Positions 49,605 through 60,582 of a stretch of 64,000 nt of DNA are shown piece by piece. The DNA is taken from NCBI GenBank assembly GCA_965198175.1, contig OZ240245.1:2048001-2112000 (forward strand), read 5' to 3'. The notes under the pieces are model-generated. The model did no database searches, had not been told where the DNA came from, and was given only the letters and a program-made list of their open reading frames with translations. The stretch comes from Candidatus Poribacteria bacterium. GTDB lineage: Bacteria > Poribacteria > WGA-4E > PCPOR2b. How positions within the stretch are numbered: the first letter of the stretch is position 1; the number at the start of each line of letters is the position of its first letter. The position numbers and the translations under genes are program-made.

Positions 49605-52247
49605 TCACCCCAACATCTCCAGATTTGTCGTCAACTTCTCCTTCTCTGATTCGAGCGCTCCAAATCGGAAACGTTTCTGTTCGACAACCGCCTCTGGTGC
49701 TCGGTCAATGAAATCCGGATTGTTGAGGGTTTTCTGCGTGCTATCTAAATCCTTAATCACTTTGTCGAGCCGTTTTTGTAAACGTGCTTTTTCTTTCTTG
49801 ATGTCGATGAGTCCCACAAGCGGAATATAAATCACTATATCGCCGATTACTGCTGCCGCTGCGGCATCAGGTTTCTTTTGATGTTCGGCGGCAAAGATTC
49901 TTGAGAAATGTGTGAATGCCGGTAGATATTCTTCCAGGTGATTGGCTAGAAGTTCACGAATTTCGGCGTCCGGGGCTTGAATCAGTACCTCGATTTCGCT
50001 GGATGGCGGAACGTTCATCTCACCGCGGATGCTGCGAATACTGTCAATAACACTCATGATGGTTTTCATGGCATTTTCCGATTTGAGATCATCCAACGCT
50101 AAAACGGATTCTGGCCAAGTCGCCACAACGATGCTCTCACCTCGATGGGGAAGCTGCTGCCAAATCTCTTCGGTGATGAACGGCATCATCGGGTGGAGCA
50201 AGCGCATCGTGCCTTCGAGGATTTGGGCAGCGGCAGTTTGTGCCGTGTGTTTCGCCTCGGGATCGTCTGTGTAATACAACCGCTGCTTGATTATTTCAAT
50301 ATACCAATCACAGAATTCGTGCCACAGAAATCCATACAGCGCGTGTGCCGCATCACTGAAACGGTATTCTTCGAAGGCGGCCGTGACATCGTTTACGGTA
50401 TGGTTGAAACGGCTACGAATCCATCGATCGCAAAGGGGCAAATTGTCGCCAATGGGCACGGAACTATCAAAGCCATCAAGATTCATCAGCAGAAATCGGG
50501 AAGCATTCCAAATCTTGTTTGCGAACCGTCTTCCCGCTTCAATCTGAGATTGCCCTAAGGCGATGTAAGGATTGGGCGCGTTCGAAAAAATGAGCGCGAA
50601 CCGAAAACCATCAGCACCGTATTCCCGTATCGTTGGCACCGGATCAATGGCGTTGCCCTTGGATTTACTCTGTTTTTGTCCATGTTCATCGGCGACTAAT
50701 GCGTGAATGTAGACGTGGCGAAACGGCACTTCATCCAGAAACTGTAGGCCAAACATCGTCATGCGTGCAACCCAGAAGAAGAGAATATCCCATGCCGTAA
50801 CCAACACAGCAGTCGGGTAAAATGTCTCCAAAAGGGCGGTTTCATCCGGCCACCCCATCGTGGAAAACGGCCAGAGTGCGGAACTGAACCAAGTGTCGAG
50901 CACTTCCTCGCTCTGACTGAGGTTCTCCGAATCACAATGAGAGCAACAGTCCGGGATATCAACGGCTACTGTAATCTCACCGCAATCGTGACAATGCCAC
51001 ATTGGCAAGAGATGTCCCCACCAACGCTGCCGTGAAATCGGCCACGGCTCGATGTTTTCCATCCACTGAAAGAAGCGTTTTTCTTCACGTTTTGGGCGAA
51101 AGACAATTTCGCCGTTCCGCACTGCCTCGATTGCGCGTTCTGCCATCGGTTTGACGTTCAGATACCACTGTGGCGCAATGTACGGCTCAATGATTTGATT
51201 GCACCGTTCATGATGCCCTACGGCATGACGATGTGGTAGAATCTTTATCAGGTAATCACGTTCGCGCAAATCCTCGACAAGTTGTTTTCGACAGGCAAAC
51301 CGATCTATGCCGTCGTATGCTTGTCCAACATTTTCGTTTAATGTGCCATCAGGATTGAATATGTTTATCTGTTTCAGGTTGTGGCGATGCCCAATTTCAT
51401 AGTCGTTCGGGTCGTGTGCCGGTGTGACTTTTAACGCACCGACGCCGAATTCACGGTCCACGTAATCATCACCGATGACCGGCAGTTTACGCCCAAGAAT
51501 TGGGAGTATCGCAATCTTGCCAATGAGATGCTGATACCGCTCGTCTTCTGGGTGCACGGCTACCGCTGTATCACCGAACATCGTTTCCGGGCGGGTAGTT
51601 GCGATTTCCAGAAATTCGTTCGACCCTTCGATTGGATATCTGATATGATAGAGATGCCCGTTGATTTCTACAGGGTTGACCTCCAAGTCGGAGATTCCTG
51701 TACGGCAATTCGGGCACCAGTTGGTGAGATTTGTACTGAGATAGATGAGTCCATTGTTATACAGCTTTACAAACGCAGTGCGGACAGCTCTTGAGAGGCC
51801 TTCGTCCAGTGTGAACCGTTCTCGCTCCCAATCGCAGGAACAGCCAAGCAGTTCAAGTTGCTCTCTGATTGTCGCGTGCGTTGCCGCCTTCCAGTTCCAC
51901 ATCCGTTCGATAAACTTCTCTCGTCCTAGTTCATCACGATTTGTGCCCCTATCGGCAAGTTTTCGCTCCATGATAATCTCTGTACCGATGCCCGCGTGGT
52001 CCACGCCCGGCATCCACAGCGTGTTGCAACCTTGCAATTTTCGCCAGCGGATGAGCACATCCTGCAATGAATTATTCAGCGTGTGGCCGATGTGCAAATT
52101 GCCGGTGATGTTTGGCGGCGGGATGACGATTGAAAAGGGCGGTTGGTCCGATTTTTCTGCCGCGTGAAAGTAACCTTTCTCCAACCAGAATGTGTACCAT
52201 TTCTTCTCGATTTCATGTGGTGAGTAAGTCCTGGGAATATCTGTCAT
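49605..52247 (-). CDS. valS: Valine--tRNA ligase
   Basis: PPPNITGNLHIGH, DTWFSSALWPF and KQSKS motifs; C-terminal coiled coil. Confidence 0.97.
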   Translation of the reverse strand: MTDIPRTYSPHEIEKKWYTFWLEKGYFHAAEKSDQPPFSIVIPPPNITGNLHIGHTLNNSLQDVLIRWRKLQGCNTLWMPGVDHAGIGTEIIMERKLADRGTNRDELGREKFIERMWNWKAATHATIREQLELLGCSCDWERERFTLDEGLSRAVRTAFVKLYNNGLIYLSTNLTNWCPNCRTGISDLEVNPVEINGHLYHIRYPIEGSNEFLEIATTRPETMFGDTAVAVHPEDERYQHLIGKIAILPILGRKLPVIGDDYVDREFGVGALKVTPAHDPNDYEIGHRHNLKQINIFNPDGTLNENVGQAYDGIDRFACRKQLVEDLRERDYLIKILPHRHAVGHHERCNQIIEPYIAPQWYLNVKPMAERAIEAVRNGEIVFRPKREEKRFFQWMENIEPWPISRQRWWGHLLPMWHCHDCGEITVAVDIPDCCSHCDSENLSQSEEVLDTWFSSALWPFSTMGWPDETALLETFYPTAVLVTAWDILFFWVARMTMFGLQFLDEVPFRHVYIHALVADEHGQKQSKSKGNAIDPVPTIREYGADGFRFALIFSNAPNPYIALGQSQIEAGRRFANKIWNASRFLLMNLDGFDSSVPIGDNLPLCDRWIRSRFNHTVNDVTAAFEEYRFSDAAHALYGFLWHEFCDWYIEIIKQRLYYTDDPEAKHTAQTAAAQILEGTMRLLHPMMPFITEEIWQQLPHRGESIVVATWPESVLALDDLKSENAMKTIMSVIDSIRSIRGEMNVPPSSEIEVLIQAPDAEIRELLANHLEEYLPAFTHFSRIFAAEHQKKPDAAAAAVIGDIVIYIPLVGLIDIKKEKARLQKRLDKVIKDLDSTQKTLNNPDFIDRAPEAVVEQKRFRFGALESEKEKLTTNLEMLG

Positions 52248-52729
52248 AAATTTGCCCTTTTTTCCTTGGTATACAATCAAAGAAGTCTGACGAATGCGGA
52301 TTCGTGTGTTGGAACAAATAATGCATCAAACAATCGTTTCTTATGCTTCGACTATTGTGTTGCCTTCGGTAATTAGATTAAACCAAAAACAGTGAACAAT
52401 ACAACAGTCCTCTTGTTTTTCAACAAACCCGTTGAGGTGGATCAGTAACCTCTTTGCAAATGTCTGCCCTTTCAGGGACTTAGGATTCCTGCCCGCTAGT
52501 ATACACAGATTTGCCTCCGCCTCGTGTCTAATTCAAGATGGGACCCACCCGTGCTGAACGTCACGATCATATGTGCGACAAATCTTGACACACTGTTGGT
52601 AGGAATAGGTTGGTCAGCATATGTCGTAACACGTGAATTCGTAGACGATTGGCAGACTCGTTAGTCGCAGATTGTCAGGGGTTGTGCATCACGCATTACA
52701 TAATCCGGAAGGATGAAATATAGGGATAA

Positions 52730-52996
52730 TCATACTTCGTTGAATCCGCTTTCGACTAATGCTATCAACGCTTCAATTGCTTCTGCTTCATCAGCACCAT
52801 CCACGATGAGTGTAAGCTGTGTGCCTTTGCCTGCCGCTAACATCATGACTCCCATGGTGCTTTTGGCATTTACCTTCATGGAGCCTTTCTTAACATATAT
52901 ACCTGAAACATACCGATTAGCGACTTGAGCAAACATCCCTGCCGCTCGTAGGTGCAACCCGAGTGAATTGCAGACTGTCACTACTTCTTCAAGCAT
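52730..52996 (-). CDS. ptsH: HPr phosphocarrier protein
   Basis: GLHLRAA (His15) and NAKSTMGVM (Ser46) motifs. Confidence 0.93.
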   Translation of the reverse strand: MLEEVVTVCNSLGLHLRAAGMFAQVANRYVSGIYVKKGSMKVNAKSTMGVMMLAAGKGTQLTLIVDGADEAEAIEALIALVESGFNEV

Positions 52997-53148
52997 AAGT
53001 GCTACCTAACCACGAATCTGTGAGTGAACTCAGAGTTGGTTGAGACTGCTGGCTAGTACAAGCAAAACCACTTTCAATTCAAACCCCTGTCGCGTTACGA
53101 CAGGATTGAACGTGGAAGCAATCTACTACCATCAAACTCATAGCTGTC

Positions 53149-54165
53149 TCAACCGGTTTCTGTCCCTGTTGGATGGATAATCCCCTGATGAAGTGCTTCA
53201 TGTTGCCACTCATTAAGGACGATTTCTTCATGTTCGGTATGCGTCATTTCAGTAATCGCCTGATTCAAATCCTTTTCGGCATGTAAGCCTAATTTTTTGC
53301 CCCAGAGATTCATAGCGGCAACTTCAACCAGATTTGAAAGATTTCTCCCAGGACCGACAGGAATGACTGTATGAGGGATATTCTCGTTGTGCAGACGGTA
53401 AAAGTCTTCATCAAGTCCAGTTCGATTGTATTTTTTGTTTTCATCCCAGAGTTCAAGGGTTACGACAAGCTCAACCTGCTTGCGATTGCCCACAGCCGTC
53501 ACCCCAAACAGCGTGATAACGTCAATGATTCCCAGACCGCGAACTTCCATGTAGTGCCTGAGCGGTTGCATCCGTATTCCAAAAACACGATGTCCTGAAA
53601 CCCGTTTCAACAAAACACTATCATCGGCAATCAATCGGTGACCTCTTTGCAAAAGTTCAAGAGTACACTCGCTTTTGCCGATTCCACTTTTCCCTAGAAT
53701 TAGGACGCCAACGCCAAAGACATCAACCAAATTCCCATGGACATATTCAGCAGGTCCAAACTCATCTTCGAGGAAAAGCAGTAATCGTGTGGTAAAGGCA
53801 GAGGAGGACAGGCGGGTCGTTAAAATTGGGATTTTATTTTGATTGCCGATGGCCGCAAGTTCTGGATGCACAGGAGAGCCGCTTGTTACAACGACACAAG
53901 GAATCGGATATGAGGACAATTTTTCTAAGACATTAGAGCGCACGGATGGACTTATGCTTTCCACATATGATATTTCACCGTGCCCAAAGATTTGGACGCG
54001 ATTGTAGCCAAAATGCTGATAATGCCCGCAGAGAGCCAGACCGGGCCGATTTGATTCTGCGGTTTCGATTAATCGATCTAGCCCATCAGACCCGGCAGCA
54101 ACTTCAAGTTGTAGTTCGTAACCCGCATATTGAATCAGTTTACGAACGGTCATCGTATTTGGCAT
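53149..54165 (-). CDS. hprK: HPr kinase/phosphorylase
   Basis: NRPGLAL, GKSGIGKSE, LIADD and MEVRGLGII motifs. Confidence 0.96.
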   Translation of the reverse strand: MPNTMTVRKLIQYAGYELQLEVAAGSDGLDRLIETAESNRPGLALCGHYQHFGYNRVQIFGHGEISYVESISPSVRSNVLEKLSSYPIPCVVVTSGSPVHPELAAIGNQNKIPILTTRLSSSAFTTRLLLFLEDEFGPAEYVHGNLVDVFGVGVLILGKSGIGKSECTLELLQRGHRLIADDSVLLKRVSGHRVFGIRMQPLRHYMEVRGLGIIDVITLFGVTAVGNRKQVELVVTLELWDENKKYNRTGLDEDFYRLHNENIPHTVIPVGPGRNLSNLVEVAAMNLWGKKLGLHAEKDLNQAITEMTHTEHEEIVLNEWQHEALHQGIIHPTGTETG

Positions 54166-54203
54166 GATGAACCTCCTTCAGTCTGCCTGGTAGCAAGCGC
54201 CTC

Positions 54204-54761
54204 CTACGTGAACTGCGGTTCAACCCAGCCGTACCCTCTGTTCTCTTGTTCATACACCAGGTTTATCTGGTTTGTTTCGGCATTTAAGAAAAGCAGAAGT
54301 GACTCATCAGAGGTGTACAATTGCATCACAGCTTCTTCCACAGTCATCGGCTTAGACGCAAATCTCTCTGGGACCCTAAAAATCTGAGAAGGAACACTTG
54401 GTGATTCACTGATATCTTCGCGTGCAGCCGTGTTGTTTAATTGCTCTACAGCACGATCCCGCGATGTGCGATGGCGCCAATCCTTCGTTCTTTCCTTGTG
54501 ACGGCGAATCTGCCGCTCTATTTTGTCCATAACAGCATCAAGACAAGAGAAAATATCATGGGTTTCTCCTTGAGCATGGAACGTTGCCTTTGCCGTTGCG
54601 AGAACGATTTCAGTAAAATAACGATTTTTTTCCCGTTCAATGACTAACTGTAAATCAATGATACGGCTAAAAATGGCTTCAATTTTCTTCACGCGTTTTT
54701 CAACATAACTTCGAATATCATCTGTAATCTCAACATGACGCGCGGTGATATGCATTTGCAT
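54204..54761 (-). CDS. hpf: Ribosome hibernation promoting factor (long HPF)
   Basis: ITARHVEIT, ERQIRRHKER and KPMTVEEAVMQL motifs. Confidence 0.93.
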   Translation of the reverse strand: MQMHITARHVEITDDIRSYVEKRVKKIEAIFSRIIDLQLVIEREKNRYFTEIVLATAKATFHAQGETHDIFSCLDAVMDKIERQIRRHKERTKDWRHRTSRDRAVEQLNNTAAREDISESPSVPSQIFRVPERFASKPMTVEEAVMQLYTSDESLLLFLNAETNQINLVYEQENRGYGWVEPQFT

Positions 54762-54798
54762 GTCAACCCCCCTCTTCTCTTGACTCACTGATTATCAA

Positions 54799-56520
54799 TT
54801 ACCATTTCCGCTTCCGCTTATTGGAAGAAAGCATACCGAGTTCCTCTCGGTATTTTGCAACAGTTCGTCTGGCAGCGTGAATCCCCTGGACTTTCAGAAT
54901 GTTAGAAACCATCTGATCGCTCAGCGGTTTAGCTACATCTTCCTTCTCAATCATCTCTCTGATTTTCTCTTTGACAGAAGTGACAGCTATATTGTCTCCG
55001 CAATCGGTAGGGAGTTCACTGCTAAAGAAAAACTTCAACTTGTAGATGCCCTGCGGGGTTTCAACGTATTTGTTCGTTGTAACCCGACTGACTGTGGACT
55101 CGTGGACACCAGCCATATCGGCAATCTGCTTCAGCACTAGGGGTTTAAGCGATGTGACCCCTTGCTCGAAAAAATCCGACTGTACTTCAAATATCGCCTC
55201 CGTCACTCTCTTTATGGTTCGACGTCGCTGGTCAATACTTTTCAACAAATCGACGGCTTGGTTTTTGTAATTTTCTAACCACTGTTTGGCGTTCTTGTCT
55301 AGTGCTGAATCTCCGTTACGCATCATATTGACGTAGAGTGAATTCAAACGCAGTCGAGGCATACCGTCATCGTTTGTAATAAATCGATATCCGCCATCGC
55401 CTTTTTCAACGATAATATCAGGTACAATCGAACCAGCGAATCGCTTTCTATCGTTGAATCGTTTTGGATCTGACCGATCTGAAAAGTGTCGACCTGGATA
55501 AGGGTCTAGCGTTCCGATTAATTCCTTTGCTTCTAAAACCGCATCAATCCCCACATTTAAATTCTTGGCAATCCGCGGTATAAGGTTGTTCATCAAATCA
55601 TCAAAGTGGTGTTTGACAATCTCTCGAATAAGAGGCTGGTCAATCTGAACGGCTTCCATCTGAACAAGCAGCGTCTCCGGAATGGTTCGATAAGCGATAC
55701 CGGTTGGATCAAAATTCCTTTGAATGAACCGAAGTATATTTTCAACAAAATCAATCTCACATCCGATGTCCTCTGCAATTTCTTCCAGAGTAATGCTGTA
55801 GATGTTTAGCTTATCCTCATCCGCGCTGGCAGTATAGACCTGTTTATTGTCCTCATCGGTTATCCGCCACACTGCTGCATCGGTGCTGTTTTTACTTTTC
55901 GGAGAAATTGCAACGTTCCGTGACAATGAGATTTCATTGCTTTCAAATTCACTCCGCAATTCCTCTGAGAGATTGTCACTGTCTAAATCACGTTGGAGGT
56001 CCAAACCAACACTAAATCGGGGGCTGACATTCAACTGACCGTTATCATCAAGATTACCAATAATCTGTTCGCCGATTCTTCGCTCTATATCTGAAAAAGG
56101 CACAACGTTCACTTGTACCATTAAAAACTCTTGCAATGTTTGAAGTTGAGCGATATCCGCTTGCGGCGCATTGCCGTCAGCCCAATACTCAAGGGTGTCT
56201 CTCTCGCTAATGCTGATCGTGTCATCAAAACAACTTTCCCAATCGATATCTGGTTCTTTATCCGCACGGTCCAAACTCTCCTCGGGTTCATTCCATTCGG
56301 TATCCGGATCTAATTCATCTGTGCCGCTTGATGTTTCGATATCTAAATCTTCAGCCACAGCTTCGTCCAAAAGGGGATTTTGCTGCAACTGTTGATTCAG
56401 ATGTTGCGTGAGGTCCATCCGTGACATTAGAAGCACTTTGATTGCTTGTTGCAACTTTGGCGTCATGATGAGCCGCTGCTGAAGTTGCTGGCTCGGCATC
56501 TGTTTGAGTCCAATGTTCAT
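54799..56520 (-). CDS. rpoN: RNA polymerase sigma-54 factor
   Basis: MTPKLQQAIKVL, HESTVSRV and ARRTVAKYRE (RpoN box) motifs. Confidence 0.96.
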   Translation of the reverse strand: MNIGLKQMPSQQLQQRLIMTPKLQQAIKVLLMSRMDLTQHLNQQLQQNPLLDEAVAEDLDIETSSGTDELDPDTEWNEPEESLDRADKEPDIDWESCFDDTISISERDTLEYWADGNAPQADIAQLQTLQEFLMVQVNVVPFSDIERRIGEQIIGNLDDNGQLNVSPRFSVGLDLQRDLDSDNLSEELRSEFESNEISLSRNVAISPKSKNSTDAAVWRITDEDNKQVYTASADEDKLNIYSITLEEIAEDIGCEIDFVENILRFIQRNFDPTGIAYRTIPETLLVQMEAVQIDQPLIREIVKHHFDDLMNNLIPRIAKNLNVGIDAVLEAKELIGTLDPYPGRHFSDRSDPKRFNDRKRFAGSIVPDIIVEKGDGGYRFITNDDGMPRLRLNSLYVNMMRNGDSALDKNAKQWLENYKNQAVDLLKSIDQRRRTIKRVTEAIFEVQSDFFEQGVTSLKPLVLKQIADMAGVHESTVSRVTTNKYVETPQGIYKLKFFFSSELPTDCGDNIAVTSVKEKIREMIEKEDVAKPLSDQMVSNILKVQGIHAARRTVAKYREELGMLSSNKRKRKW

Positions 56521-56554
56521 CGCATGGTTCCTCAAATCACCGGTCACACGGATT

Positions 56555-57292
56555 TCATCTTTTTAACTCAAAACTATGACCAAAGTAACGTTCTCGGGCA
56601 ATTTCACTTTGAAGCAATGTGTCAGGGGCACCACTGAGTGTAATCCTTCCGCCAGTTATCAAGTAGGCGAGATCGACAATCCCTAGTGTTTCAGCTGCAT
56701 TGTGATCGGTTATTAACACCCCGATATTCCGATCGCGCAGGTGTGTGATCAATTCTTTAATATCTTGAACCGCAATTGGATCGATTCCGGAAAATGGTTC
56801 ATCCAACAAAATAAAAGATGGGGAGGCTGCGAGCGCCCTTGCGATTTCAGCTCGCCGGCATTCGCCACCTGAAAGGGTGTATGCTTTTCGTTTCGCCAAC
56901 TCGGAGATTCCGAGTTCTTCCATGAGTTGTTTGCACCGCTGCTTACGCTCAACTCTGCGAATATCAAGTGCTTCGAGAACCGCTGTGATGTTCTGTTCAA
57001 CTGTCAACTTGCGAAAGATTGAAGTCTCTTGCGAGAGATATCCAATCCCAAGTCGTGCGCGCTTGTACATCGGTACATAGGTGATGTCCTGTTCACCGAA
57101 AGTAATTCGTCCAGCGTTTGGACGGATTAACCCTACGACCATATAGAATGTGGTCGATTTTCCAGCCCCATTTGGACCAAGCAACCCAACAATTTCGCCC
57201 GTTGCTACTTCTATACTCACTTGATTGACAACAATGGGACCGCGTCTTGAATATCTCTTAACAAGTCCGTGGGTTTTAAGTTTAATCGGCAC
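56555..57292 (-). CDS. lptB: LPS export ABC transporter ATP-binding protein
   Basis: GPNGAGKST, LSGGE.RR.EIAR, LLDEPFSGIDP and ITDHN motifs. Confidence 0.95.
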   Translation of the reverse strand: MPIKLKTHGLVKRYSRRGPIVVNQVSIEVATGEIVGLLGPNGAGKSTTFYMVVGLIRPNAGRITFGEQDITYVPMYKRARLGIGYLSQETSIFRKLTVEQNITAVLEALDIRRVERKQRCKQLMEELGISELAKRKAYTLSGGECRRAEIARALAASPSFILLDEPFSGIDPIAVQDIKELITHLRDRNIGVLITDHNAAETLGIVDLAYLITGGRITLSGAPDTLLQSEIARERYFGHSFELKR

Positions 57293-57312
57293 GCCTTCGC
57301 TGCCTTAACGCA

Positions 57313-58203
57313 TTACTTCGCATTGTTTGATTCTTGTTCATCCTCTTTTTTCTGGTTAATTCGAACCCGAAATCTAACGCCTCCCTTGCCGACACGCTTG
57401 CCGGTCCGCCGATTATACGCAAAAGATTTTGCTTCCAATCGGTCCTCCTCCTGTATAACGACAACGTTATCGTGGAGATCTACAGTATCTTCAACCTGAT
57501 TTACAACAGCGTAATCGCTCGTTGCGAAAATATCATCGTCCCGCATCTCAACTTGTTCTTGAGCAATGATTTTGATGATTTTATCTGTCTCAAGGTTCTT
57601 AAAAATCTCCACTTTATTCCCATTCAGGAAGCCATCGGGGCGTGTAATTTTTACCGGCTTCCCCTCTGCTGTTTGCACCCCTGCCCGTCGATTAAAGATT
57701 GTATGTGCTGCCTCCATTCGATCTTCATTTTGGATGACGACAACGTTATCGTGAAGATTCACAATGTCGTCTATGTGATTCAAAACGGCGCGATCGCTAG
57801 AGGCTATAGCCTGACCTTCCTGCATTTCAACATTGCCTTCAGCTATGGTCTCAGTTAATTCATCCGTCTCGACATTTCTATAAACGGTGATTTTGTCTGC
57901 GTTCAGAAATCCGTTGGACATCTTCAGTCTAACATTGCCCGTCAGGACTGTAACACCTGTTTTTTCATCTTGGTCGAACTGATCTGCATGCTCACAAATG
58001 ATGAAATTCTCATCTTCATCCGCGCTACCTTGACTCACTGTGACTGGCTGTGGCGCGAGGGTTCTTTCAACAGCGGCATCAGTGGAAAAAGGTATCAAGG
58101 CTAGGCACAATGAACACATTAAGCTTATTAGTGACGATTTTGAGGCTGCGGAGCTACATCGAAACAGACGAACAACCTGCATCGAGTCAGCGTATTCCTG
58201 CAT
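57313..58203 (-). CDS. lptA: LptA/OstA family protein with two OstA-like domains (start uncertain)
   Basis: Repeated A.GNV.M ... LHDNVVVIQ.EDR beta-jellyroll units; between lptC and lptB. Confidence 0.8.
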   Translation of the reverse strand: MQEYADSMQVVRLFRCSSAASKSSLISLMCSLCLALIPFSTDAAVERTLAPQPVTVSQGSADEDENFIICEHADQFDQDEKTGVTVLTGNVRLKMSNGFLNADKITVYRNVETDELTETIAEGNVEMQEGQAIASSDRAVLNHIDDIVNLHDNVVVIQNEDRMEAAHTIFNRRAGVQTAEGKPVKITRPDGFLNGNKVEIFKNLETDKIIKIIAQEQVEMRDDDIFATSDYAVVNQVEDTVDLHDNVVVIQEEDRLEAKSFAYNRRTGKRVGKGGVRFRVRINQKKEDEQESNNAK

Positions 58204-58798
58204 CTGTGTGTCCTTTGCTGTGCGGGACTTCATTTCCTTCAACTGATTCAGGTGCATCTATCTTCTCATCTCTAGCGTAAAATTCGAATTGAACATGTTT
58301 CATCGTCACAACTTCAAGCGATGGACTGCTTTCCAGCTCTCGACCAACCATTGTGGAACCACCGCGCACAATCTCCGATTCGTTCGGCGCATATAATCTG
58401 CCATTCCGGTTCTGCCAATGAAGTTCGTCGGTATACAACACCCCATTTTGGCTAATTCCAACAACATCATCAAAGACTTTGAGATTATTATTTGACTGAA
58501 TAATCTCGCCGCGATTGCCCGTCACCGTGATTGTAATTTGACCGTCCTTAAATAGTTGAATTGTTGGGTTCTGAACGTACACAACCGCTTCCATGAACTC
58601 TCCCGAATCAGCAATCAATGTCCATTTTGTCACACCGGATTCTGTATGCTTAGTTGAAAACTGTTGTAATATTTGTTCAGGAATTTCTTCGACGGGCTGT
58701 GTTAGTTCCTCTTCTCCTCTATCACAACCGACAGCGTGAAAAATTATATAAAAGATTAAGGGGAGCCGTAACCATGTCATTTGAAAAGAATTAATCAT
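58187..58798 (-). CDS. lptC: LPS export periplasmic protein LptC
   Basis: G.TKWTL.AD and LYTDELHW motifs; synteny. Confidence 0.8.
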   Translation of the reverse strand: MINSFQMTWLRLPLIFYIIFHAVGCDRGEEELTQPVEEIPEQILQQFSTKHTESGVTKWTLIADSGEFMEAVVYVQNPTIQLFKDGQITITVTGNRGEIIQSNNNLKVFDDVVGISQNGVLYTDELHWQNRNGRLYAPNESEIVRGGSTMVGRELESSPSLEVVTMKHVQFEFYARDEKIDAPESVEGNEVPHSKGHTDAGIR

Positions 58799-59693
58799 CA
58801 GATCTTATTTGGGGTTGTGTTCTCCAACGTTCATGCATCCAGATCCATTGTTCCGGATAACGTCGAACATAAGATTCGATCACATTTGTAAACTTTTGGG
58901 TATTGAAGACGTAATCACGCTCTCGGTCTCCGATTCGTTGCAGAACTAACGGCGGTTCCACAATGGTGCGGTGCGAATCATCTGGTTGACGAACAATAAA
59001 GGTTGGCAAAATCGCAGCACCCGTTTTGAGTGCGATAGCCACGGGACTATAGGGAGTATAGGCCGGACGCCCCAGAAAATCAACAAAAACGCCATCTGTA
59101 CGGGTATCGACATCTGCCACAATGCCAAGCAGCTCATTTCGCTTCAAGCAGCGTAACGCTGGGCGAACAGCATTAGCCCGGTCGATGCTTGAATAGCCCG
59201 ACTTTTCACGATAAGCACAAATAAGCGTGTCTAGACGCTTGGATCGTAACTGGCGAGCGATGGAACTCAACGGATATCCATTCGCGACAATGCTAGCTGC
59301 GAGCAGTTCCCAATTGCCAAAGTGCCCTGTCAAGATAATTGCCCCGTTACCCCGATCGAGCGCTTGATCGATATGTGTTTTACCTTCGAAGGTAACAATC
59401 TGATGAATCTTTTGGGGGGACATGTAAGGAAGCTGAATAAATTCCATCACGTTTTTCCCCATGTTTTGAAAGCAACGTCGGGCGAGCCTTTGGACAACAA
59501 GTGGGCCATCAAGTTCTAGGCGCGACACAAGATGTCTATAGGTACGGTTCCTTTCGCAACGCGAGAACCAGAAAACGGCGCTTGCCAAAGCAGACCCAAG
59601 GGATAACGCAAGCCGGCGGGGGAGTGGGACAATACATTGGATCGCACATCTCGCTGCAATTACGTAACAGCAATCTTTCAAGAAACGCCGCAT
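58791..59693 (-). CDS. Lipid A biosynthesis acyltransferase (LpxL/HtrB family)
   Basis: HFGNWE, DFLGRPA and PEQWIWMHERW motifs. Confidence 0.9.
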   Translation of the reverse strand: MRRFLKDCCYVIAARCAIQCIVPLPRRLALSLGSALASAVFWFSRCERNRTYRHLVSRLELDGPLVVQRLARRCFQNMGKNVMEFIQLPYMSPQKIHQIVTFEGKTHIDQALDRGNGAIILTGHFGNWELLAASIVANGYPLSSIARQLRSKRLDTLICAYREKSGYSSIDRANAVRPALRCLKRNELLGIVADVDTRTDGVFVDFLGRPAYTPYSPVAIALKTGAAILPTFIVRQPDDSHRTIVEPPLVLQRIGDRERDYVFNTQKFTNVIESYVRRYPEQWIWMHERWRTQPQIRSDD

Positions 59694-60582
59694 AATATGG
59701 AAAGTATTATAGCAAATCAGTCATTAAATGACAAGAGAAAACACAGTACACTAGAAATTTACAAAGGTGGCAACCTTGATGAAACCGAATATCATTTGGG
59801 ATCGCTTAGAAGAGCCATCCGTGACGAGTTGGTTTTGCGCGTTTCGTATTTTATCGTATACGTGCATCGGGGGTTTACGTTCGCAGTTATACACGGCGGT
59901 TCTCTACTTTCACTGTCGCTTGGCAGTTGATTCTGGAAGAGGCGAAGATTTTTCAGTTCCTGACGAAATCGTTGACTCAGACGTTGGATAGTCGCGCGAG
60001 CTATCGGCGGTTGAGGAACTCATGCCCGTGAGTCTGTCAGCGCCTCAACTCCTTGTGATGGTACTGGAACAAGTAACGCTTGCGCTAAGAACACTTGAGC
60101 AGAACGCTATTGGTGATGAGGGAAAGGAACTAGTTGGGGTTCTGGCACGGTTAGTCCTTGCGCTGAAGCCGCCTGATCAAAAGACGGATGGCAATGGAGT
60201 GAATGCTCTACCTACGCCGGTGGGTGGTGGCAGCGACGAGCGGGGGTGAAGTGATATCCAGTTAATATCAAACGTCACATACCGCGCCGTAAATCGAACG
60301 AAAACTGAACCGCAATGAGGCGAGAGCAGAAGACTTAAGCCTCTCATGTTCTATAGACACACCGCTTCAGTGGAACAGAGGGTTGGGGACAACTTTAGAA
60401 GGCACTTACACCACGTGTTCAATGTTTGGAAGGACAAGTAAAAATCGCTAATGGCTTTTCTGCATTCACGCAATTGTATGCCCCAACAATCAGGACAACT
60501 ATGGCGGAAATCGAACCTCTAAGATGAACAACTAAACTAGGATGCCCTGGGTAAATGGTGTTTAATTCATGCATTCACCGTT

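Noticed and set aside
52250..52730. T-box leader upstream of valS
   Set aside because: No GGTGGTACCGCG-like T-box or terminator/antiterminator found.
55795..56025. Intein in rpoN
   Set aside because: Too short and lacks the C-terminal HN plus C/S/T junction.
59700..60560. tmRNA, RNase P or other structured RNA
   Set aside because: No tRNA-like ends or conserved motifs recognised.
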